From the NCBI GenBank assembly GCA_964440045.1, contig CAYTQR010000003.1, positions 1-32,761 of the forward strand: a DNA stretch of 32,761 nucleotides, given 5' to 3'. Origin of the DNA: an uncultured Planctomycetaceae bacterium (GTDB lineage Bacteria; Planctomycetota; Phycisphaerae; Sedimentisphaerales; UBA12454). The notes beneath the pieces were generated by a model. The model was not told the origin of the DNA, did no database searches, and saw only the letters and a list, made by a program, of their open reading frames with translations. Positions 25,977 through 32,761 of the stretch are shown piece after piece (position 1 is the first letter of the stretch; each line of letters opens with the position of its first letter). The translations under genes and the position numbers were made by a program.

Positions 25977-26840
25977 TTATTTTACAGGACGGCTGTGAAT
26001 TCTATGGCGAAGCCGTTTCAGAAATTTATGAGATATTGAATTATCCCAGTGTTCGGGATGAATTAGAATTATAATCTTATCCCCTGGATTAAATTCTTCC
26101 GGATGGAATTCTTCCGGGTGCCACCTCAAATTCTTCCCTTTAGGGAAAGAACAATCGGCGAAACCAAAATTGTTATCCAGATGATATGCTTCGTACTCCA
26201 ATCCTAACTCTATTAAACTTACTTTAGTAATAAAGCGCCGATTGTCTCCAATGTTGACCGCTTCATTGTTAGGAAAACCATCTATCGGTTCTGAAAACTC
26301 ACTGAAAAAATAATTATTGTGATATTTGAATTTGTAACAGTATGCCGAACCATGTGATGCGCTGCCTACAACCCTAATTCCATTGCTCCTGAGCCAATGT
26401 AATTCTTTCTCTATATATTCTCTGGGATTAATTCCATAAACGCATTCCAATGTTACCAGATCATTATGCCATCCTATTTCATGCCCATACTCGTCCTGTA
26501 TTTTTTTTAATGCAGGAATAAGCTCTTCATTATGTTTGACGTAATTCTTTTTGGTTATCCCATAGTACTCTGCAGTATGTAGAATAAAAAATGTTGCTTT
26601 CATATTGTATTGACACTCAATCTTAGCTATTTCCAAGGCACTGGAAATATCCCTATCTACATCATGTCTCAGCGAAATAATAACCCTGTTTTGAGAATTT
26701 GTTTTCATAAAATCTTTTAAAGGAACAACTTGATATCTCCCGGAGTCTGATATTGATGCCAAAAACTGCCTGTAATAGGAGTACAAAAACCTTCGTTCTG
26801 AAACAAACCTCAAAAAAGAATCCAAATATTTCCTAAACAT
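25977..26840 (-). CDS. CE4-like polysaccharide deacetylase / esterase-fold protein (divergent)
   Basis: VIISLRHDVDRD resembles CE4 motif 1 (D-D). KATFFILHTAEYYG and EYGHEIGWHND resemble the H-x-x-x-H metal motif. It has no signal peptide. Confidence 0.5.
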   Translation of the reverse strand: MFRKYLDSFLRFVSERRFLYSYYRQFLASISDSGRYQVVPLKDFMKTNSQNRVIISLRHDVDRDISSALEIAKIECQYNMKATFFILHTAEYYGITKKNYVKHNEELIPALKKIQDEYGHEIGWHNDLVTLECVYGINPREYIEKELHWLRSNGIRVVGSASHGSAYCYKFKYHNNYFFSEFSEPIDGFPNNEAVNIGDNRRFITKVSLIELGLEYEAYHLDNNFGFADCSFPKGKNLRWHPEEFHPEEFNPGDKIIILIHPEHWDNSISHKFLKRLRHRIHSRPVK

Positions 26841-26912
26841 TATTCGCCGGCTCCAGCCTCAACCCATAAACTTGTACTCTTGATAAAAGATATGCGTGTT
26901 CTCTCGCCATAA

Positions 26913-28301
26913 TTAATTAAGTTTTATCTTATATATGTGTGTTCCCAAAGGCTCGAAAGTGTCGACGAAGTAATTTTTCGACATACTTATCATGCGTTTT
27001 TCGCTTATAACTTCAACTCCTAAAGATGCAGTAGTTACCGGCCCGAATTTGACTTTAACAATAAGCTCAGGCCCTCCGTCGTCTGTAGCCCCTACTTTCT
27101 GGGCCGTATTCACTGCAAAAATGTATAAATAATTCTTATATTCACGAGCCGTCCACTGAATTGAGGTAAGCCGTTTTAACGGCTCTGCTCTCTTCCCAGT
27201 ATCATAGGCATAATTATCGAAAAAATACATTGGGCCTTTAATAGTTTCGCAACTCAGTACTTCTGGTTCCTTGCCTGACAACAAAACTTCCCCAAGACTT
27301 TCAGGACCATTAAGTTCAGTAGCCACCTCAAGAACTGCTTCCACCAACCCTAGACGCTGATTGGCATAATAGTAGCCATACCACATAATACCTTTGGCTC
27401 CGCTAATCAGCGCCAGATAAGCGTCGAAACGCACATCTTTGGGTCTTGTCCAGTTGAATTTACCTTTCAGTGCTTCAAGTGCCGCGATTACTACCGAGAC
27501 TCCATTTTTATATGCCCAATCAATCCTCCGTTTGATTTCTATCCGGGGTCTGGTGCCCCAATAACTTGGATAAGCCCCGAATACCACCGCATCTACAATA
27601 CTATCCACCCGCCTTAAATACTCAGGACGCCAACTTTCAGCGTACGTAATAAGTGGCCTATGTTTAGTGTCCGTCGCTCTTATGATATTTCCAAGCTGTT
27701 CCAGTTTATCGAGGTTCTTTGCCTCCAGCTCATCACACGGATACCAGACAAGTATTTGACCATCAACCGCCAACGAAGAAATATGGTGTTGCCAAAATTC
27801 TATTTCTTCTGCATTGAAATAGGTGTCCTCTGTTGCATGATAGATGGGGTTGCCACTATCAAGATATGTTCTCGGAAGATTTTGCAAAACAGCTACTCCC
27901 GCTTCACGTGCTGCCTGCAAATCTGCTAACGCATCTTCTATAGGTTGCTGGCCGAAAGATTTCTGAAACAGAATTATGCCGCGCTGGCGAAGGGCTTTTA
28001 GCCTTTCCGCATCCTGCATATCAGCCGCCATCGAATAAAAACCCAGGGGCATAAATTGCTTTGTGGGTGTTTTAAAAAAACTTAAAATGTGTTGTAATCG
28101 TTTAGAATGTTCTACTGCCAGATCCTTACTCAGTTGCGATGGGCTAATATTAACATAGTCCCCCATTACTTTGTTATTTTTGGCAATGGGATACACGGTA
28201 TTTACATCATGCTCCGCTGCCCCATAGGCAGAAAATATCGAAACGCAAAAAAAACTAATTAAGATCAAAACATTCTTCAATTTACAACCATCCCAAAACA
28301 A
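26913..28301 (-). CDS. Secreted protein of unknown function; possibly a TIM-barrel glycoside-hydrolase-like enzyme
   Basis: Signal peptide: KLKNVLILISFFCVSIFSAYG/AAE. The body has alternating beta/alpha-like segments with WYPCDELE, ITYAESW and IMWYGYYY. The hydrolase idea is weak. The track start, TTG 28301, sits in the U-tract of the upstream hairpin. TTG 28280 (GGGATGG 7 nt upstream) is an alternative start. Confidence 0.35.
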   Translation of the reverse strand: MFWDGCKLKNVLILISFFCVSIFSAYGAAEHDVNTVYPIAKNNKVMGDYVNISPSQLSKDLAVEHSKRLQHILSFFKTPTKQFMPLGFYSMAADMQDAERLKALRQRGIILFQKSFGQQPIEDALADLQAAREAGVAVLQNLPRTYLDSGNPIYHATEDTYFNAEEIEFWQHHISSLAVDGQILVWYPCDELEAKNLDKLEQLGNIIRATDTKHRPLITYAESWRPEYLRRVDSIVDAVVFGAYPSYWGTRPRIEIKRRIDWAYKNGVSVVIAALEALKGKFNWTRPKDVRFDAYLALISGAKGIMWYGYYYANQRLGLVEAVLEVATELNGPESLGEVLLSGKEPEVLSCETIKGPMYFFDNYAYDTGKRAEPLKRLTSIQWTAREYKNYLYIFAVNTAQKVGATDDGGPELIVKVKFGPVTTASLGVEVISEKRMISMSKNYFVDTFEPLGTHIYKIKLN

Positions 28302-28304
28302 AAT

Positions 28305-28395
28305 AAGTAAGAGGTTAGAAGTTCGTTCTTTAATCCTTTGAAAACAGGCTAAGTGCGAAGCACAAACCGCACTTCAGCCTTCTAACTTCTTACTT
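28305..28395 (-). terminator. Compound stem-loop between fcl and the next gene: 17-nt inverted repeat enclosing a 12-bp inner hairpin, followed on the minus strand by AUUUUGUUUU
   Basis: The outer arms 28305..28321 (AAGTAAGAGGTTAGAAG) and 28379..28395 (CTTCTAACTTCTTACTT) pair at 16/17 positions. The inner stem pairs 28346..28357 with 28368..28380 (AGGCTAAGTGCG / CGCACTT-C-AGCCT, one bulge). On the minus-strand RNA, GUUUUC follows the inner stem and AUUUUGUUUUGGG follows the outer stem. Confidence 0.4.
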
Positions 28396-28478
28396 CAACA
28401 CAGTTATAATACCACCATCGCCGTATTTGATGGCTCGCCGTCGCCGGATTTGTTGACTGCAGTAATACAATACTCTAT

Positions 28479-29417
<939 letters not shown>

Positions 29418-30431
29418 TTATTTTTGCTGATGTTCGATTATAATCTTTTCGTTCTGTGCAATCTGCATATCAGCATCGGTCATCATTCTGGCAAGTTCCT
29501 TAAAGCCAACCTTTGGCTGCCAGCCAAGAATTTTTTTTGCCTTAGAGGCATCGCCGAGCAGCATATCAACCTCTGCAGGACGGTAATATCTCGAATCAAT
29601 CTCAACGTGTTTTCCCCAATCTATATTCAGATAACCAAAGACTTCATCGAGAAATTCCCTTACAGAATGAGTTTGGCCTGTGGCAATTACAAAATCATCG
29701 CTCTTTTTCTGCTGCATCATCAGCCACATTACCTCGACATAATCGCCTGCAAAACCCCAGTCGCGCTTGGCATCGAGATTGCCGAGATATAACTTATCCT
29801 GCAATCCGAGTTTTATTCTCGCCGCTGCTCTCGTTATTTTTCGAGTGACAAACGTTTCGCCTCTTCTTGGTGATTCGTGATTGAACAGTATTCCGTTGCT
29901 GGCGAAAAGACCATAAGCCTCACGATAATTGACCGTCTGCCAGAACGAATAAACCTTCGCACAGCCATAGGGACTTCGCGGATGGAAAGGTGTTTTTTCG
30001 GTCTGAGGTGTCTCGACAACTTGTCCATACATCTCACTGCTGGAGGCCTGATAAAATTTCGCCGGCCTTTTCATAGAACGAATCGCCTCAAGAATCCTAA
30101 GCACCCCCAAAGCATCGACATTAGCAGTATAAATCGGCTGGTCGAAACTGACACGGACATGACTTTGTGCGCCAAGGTTGTAAACTTCCTCAGGATTGAC
30201 ATCATTCAGTATCGAATGCAGATTGCTGCCATCAGTTAAATCCGAATAGATAAGTTTAAGTTTCGGATTTTCGTGCGGGTCTCGATATATATGGTCAATC
30301 CTTTCGGTATTAAACGAAGAACTCCTGCGAATAAGACCATAAACTTCATAGCCTTTTGCGAGCAGAAATTCTGTCAGATATGAGCCGTCCTGGCCGGTTA
30401 TGCCCGTTATTAATGCTTTCATAATTTTCAC
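29418..30431 (-). CDS. gmd: GDP-mannose 4,6-dehydratase
   Basis: It carries [44 protein letters not shown] and SPYGCAKVY...[18 protein letters not shown]. This is a canonical Gmd sequence. AAGGTG lies 7 nt upstream of the ATG. Confidence 0.95.
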   Translation of the reverse strand: MKIMKALITGITGQDGSYLTEFLLAKGYEVYGLIRRSSSFNTERIDHIYRDPHENPKLKLIYSDLTDGSNLHSILNDVNPEEVYNLGAQSHVRVSFDQPIYTANVDALGVLRILEAIRSMKRPAKFYQASSSEMYGQVVETPQTEKTPFHPRSPYGCAKVYSFWQTVNYREAYGLFASNGILFNHESPRRGETFVTRKITRAAARIKLGLQDKLYLGNLDAKRDWGFAGDYVEVMWLMMQQKKSDDFVIATGQTHSVREFLDEVFGYLNIDWGKHVEIDSRYYRPAEVDMLLGDASKAKKILGWQPKVGFKELARMMTDADMQIAQNEKIIIEHQQK

Positions 30432-30473
30432 CTTAGAAAAATTTTGGCAAATTATAAAAAGGGGTATACCTGT

Positions 30474-31430
30474 TCATACAGACACAGGTTCTCTAAGCCA
30501 TGCAACAAACTTTTTCAGCCCAACAGTAATATCAGTTTGAGGATTATACCCCAGTTTTTCGCCGGCTTTTGTAATATCCGCAAACGTTCGTTCAACATCA
30601 CCCGGCTGAACCGGACATCTTTTTATTTCTGCCTTTTTGCCGAGCGATTTTTCAATCTCTTCAATCAGCTTATCAAGTCTTACCGGCTTCGATTCGCCAA
30701 GATTATAAATTTCATAACCGCTGCAATTTTCGACTGCTGCAACAACCCCATCAATAATATCATCGATATATGTAAAGTCTCGCATCATTGAGCCGTCGCC
30801 GAATACCGGTATTGGTTTGCCTTGTTCAATCAGACTGGTAAACTTATGTATCGCTAAATCCGGCCGCTGTCTCGGCCCGTAAACCGTAAAAAATCTCAGG
30901 CACGTCATATCAATATTATAAAGATGGCAATAGGTATGACAAAGCAGCTCGCCTGCTTTTTTCGTCGCCGCATAGGGCGATATCGGAAAATCCACATTGT
31001 CTGTTTCAGAAAACGGGGTTTTTTTATTATTACCGTACACACTTGAACTGGACCCGAAAATAAACTTCTTGATGCCATATTTTTTCGCTGCTTCCAGCAC
31101 AACCACTGTGCCCTCAACATTAACCGATTGATATCCAATCGGGTCGAGGATGGAAGGCCTCACACCTGCTTTGGCTGCCAGATGAATGATAACGTCTATA
31201 TCGCCTTTACATATCGACTCAACACACTCTACATTTCTTATATCATCCTCGACCAGTTTAAACTTGTTTGATTTCGTTAGTGCCTTTATATTAGATTCTT
31301 TGATTTTCCTGTCGTAAAACGGATCAAAGTTATCCAGTCCGACAACAAAATTATCCCCCTTTACTAATCTTTCGCAAAGATGTGAACCGATAAAACCCGC
31401 AGCGCCGGTAACGAGTATCTTTCCCGTCAT
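30474..31430 (-). CDS. NAD-dependent SDR epimerase, UDP-glucuronate 4-epimerase-like
   Basis: It has VTGAAGFIGSHL, SPYAATKKAGELLCHTY (YxxxK) and RFFTVYGPRQRPDLAIHKF. It lies immediately downstream of ugd. The start is placed at ATG 31430 (ATGA overlap with the ugd stop, AGGGAG upstream) rather than the track's TTG 31445. Confidence 0.7.
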   Translation of the reverse strand: MTGKILVTGAAGFIGSHLCERLVKGDNFVVGLDNFDPFYDRKIKESNIKALTKSNKFKLVEDDIRNVECVESICKGDIDVIIHLAAKAGVRPSILDPIGYQSVNVEGTVVVLEAAKKYGIKKFIFGSSSSVYGNNKKTPFSETDNVDFPISPYAATKKAGELLCHTYCHLYNIDMTCLRFFTVYGPRQRPDLAIHKFTSLIEQGKPIPVFGDGSMMRDFTYIDDIIDGVVAAVENCSGYEIYNLGESKPVRLDKLIEEIEKSLGKKAEIKRCPVQPGDVERTFADITKAGEKLGYNPQTDITVGLKKFVAWLREPVSV

Positions 31431-32728
31431 GGTCTCCCTATGCAATAATACTCAAACCCTAATTTTTTCATATAGGCGGGTTCATAGAGATTTCGGCCGT
31501 CAAAAATCACAGCCTTTTTAAGTTTTTCTTTTATCAAATCAAACTCAGGCGTTCTAAACTGTTGCCAGTCCGTAAACACTACCAGCCCGTCAGCGCCATC
31601 GAGTATTTCATAATCATCTTTGCCTGTTTCTATTTTGTGATTTAGAACCGCTTTAGCCGCTTCCGTTGCTGCCGGGTCAAAAGCCCTGACCTTAATGCCT
31701 GACTGCAAAAATTTATTTATACACCATATTGCCGGCGACTCTCGCACATCGTCTGTTTTCGCTTTAAACGCAAGACCCCAAACTGCAAGAACGGTTTCGC
31801 TTTCTCTACCCTTGAAATAATTCAATATTTTGTCGGCAAACCTGTTATGCTGATTATAATTGACCTGCTGAACTGCTTGGGTTATCGTCATTGGGCAGTT
31901 ATTTTCCTTGCCCATATGAATCAACGCCTTGACATCTTTCGGGAAACAACTCCCGCCATAGCCGACACCGGCAAACAGGAAAGAGTTTCCAATACGAGGG
32001 TCCGACCCGACTCCGCATCTGACCTGTTCGATATCAGCGCCGAATTTTTCACACAATCCCGAAAGCTCATTCATAAATGAAATTCGCGTCGCCAGCATCA
32101 CATTAGAGGCATACTTAGTCAGCTCGGCGCTTGCCGGATCTATAAAGACCATTCTGCTGCCTTTACGCATAAAAGGCGAATACAACTGTTTCATAGCATC
32201 CCTGACGTCAGGATTATTAGTTCCTATTATAACCCTGTCCGGTTTCATAAAATCCTGGACCGCTGAACCCTCTTTTAGAAATTCCGGATTACTCACATAA
32301 TCGAATGGAACCTTCGTTTTGCTCTTCATCAATTCCGTTACTTTTTTGTAGGTGCCGACAGGAACAGTGCTTTTTGTAACTATGATTTTATAATCCTTCA
32401 TATACTCGGCGATTTTCCCACATACATCCAAAACCGCTGAAATATCTGCTGAACCGTCCTCTGCACCTGGAGTGCCGACACCTAAAATAATCATTTGTGA
32501 ATTATCAATTGCATACTTTAAATCTGTTGTGAACGAAAGCCTTTCCGCCTTTTCATTATTCCTTATGATATCAGCAAGGCCCGGCTCATAAATCGGAATA
32601 ATTCCTCTTTTGAGGTTCTCGATTTTATTCTCGTCGTTATCGACACAGATTACATGATTACCACTTTCAGCAAGACCGCCGGCAGCGACAAGACCAACAT
32701 AACCAATTCCCACAACAGATATTTTCAT
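31427..32728 (-). CDS. ugd: UDP-glucose 6-dehydrogenase
   Basis: It has MKISVVGIGYVGLV (NAD fold), NPEFLKEGSAV and the GGSCFPKDV catalytic-Cys motif. At 433 aa it fits the family. Confidence 0.9.
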   Translation of the reverse strand: MKISVVGIGYVGLVAAGGLAESGNHVICVDNDENKIENLKRGIIPIYEPGLADIIRNNEKAERLSFTTDLKYAIDNSQMIILGVGTPGAEDGSADISAVLDVCGKIAEYMKDYKIIVTKSTVPVGTYKKVTELMKSKTKVPFDYVSNPEFLKEGSAVQDFMKPDRVIIGTNNPDVRDAMKQLYSPFMRKGSRMVFIDPASAELTKYASNVMLATRISFMNELSGLCEKFGADIEQVRCGVGSDPRIGNSFLFAGVGYGGSCFPKDVKALIHMGKENNCPMTITQAVQQVNYNQHNRFADKILNYFKGRESETVLAVWGLAFKAKTDDVRESPAIWCINKFLQSGIKVRAFDPAATEAAKAVLNHKIETGKDDYEILDGADGLVVFTDWQQFRTPEFDLIKEKLKKAVIFDGRNLYEPAYMKKLGFEYYCIGRP

Positions 32729-32761
32729 AATGACTTCTTGATGATGATTATTTCAATGCTT

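Overview
The window is almost entirely one tightly packed surface-polysaccharide locus of the Wzx/Wzy type, from a Shine-Dalgarno-using bacterium. There are no rRNA or tRNA genes, CRISPR arrays, transposases or integrases. From the right edge, all on the minus strand: a nucleotide-sugar module (ugd, a UDP-glucuronate 4-epimerase-like SDR, gmd, fcl), which predicts a polymer containing fucose and uronic acid. A structured intergenic hairpin follows. Next come a secreted protein of unknown function, a CE4-like esterase and a Wzy/O-antigen-ligase-family membrane protein. wzx lies on the plus strand, convergent with these. A long minus-strand run follows: an FrhB-like Fe-S flavoprotein, an alpha/alpha-toroid protein and a GT4. 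Then comes a patch of gene fragments, an AsnB-like adenylating enzyme with no N-terminal Cys, a small ORF broken by a stop codon and a truncated GT2. Three further GT4 genes follow, then a GNAT / FemAB-like / CE4 deacetylase / GNAT module. The run ends with a membrane-anchored WD40 propeller, a fused FAD-oxidoreductase-methyltransferase and a GT-C glycosyltransferase. The left end holds an ATP-grasp enzyme plus a WecA/MraY-type initiating transferase (plus strand). A minus-strand HAD hydrolase / PglC-type initiating transferase / KamA-family radical SAM gene runs off the left edge. The most interesting aspects are: (i) an unusual number of amide-forming and amine-exposing enzymes beside uronic-acid supply genes, several of them unusual variants; (ii) redox enzymes with no assigned role in glycan assembly (the FrhB-like protein and the FAD-MTase fusion coupled to a GT-C); (iii) strong compositional mosaicism with at least three decayed gene remnants but no mobile-element genes. 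All functional calls come from motif recognition by eye. No database search was run.
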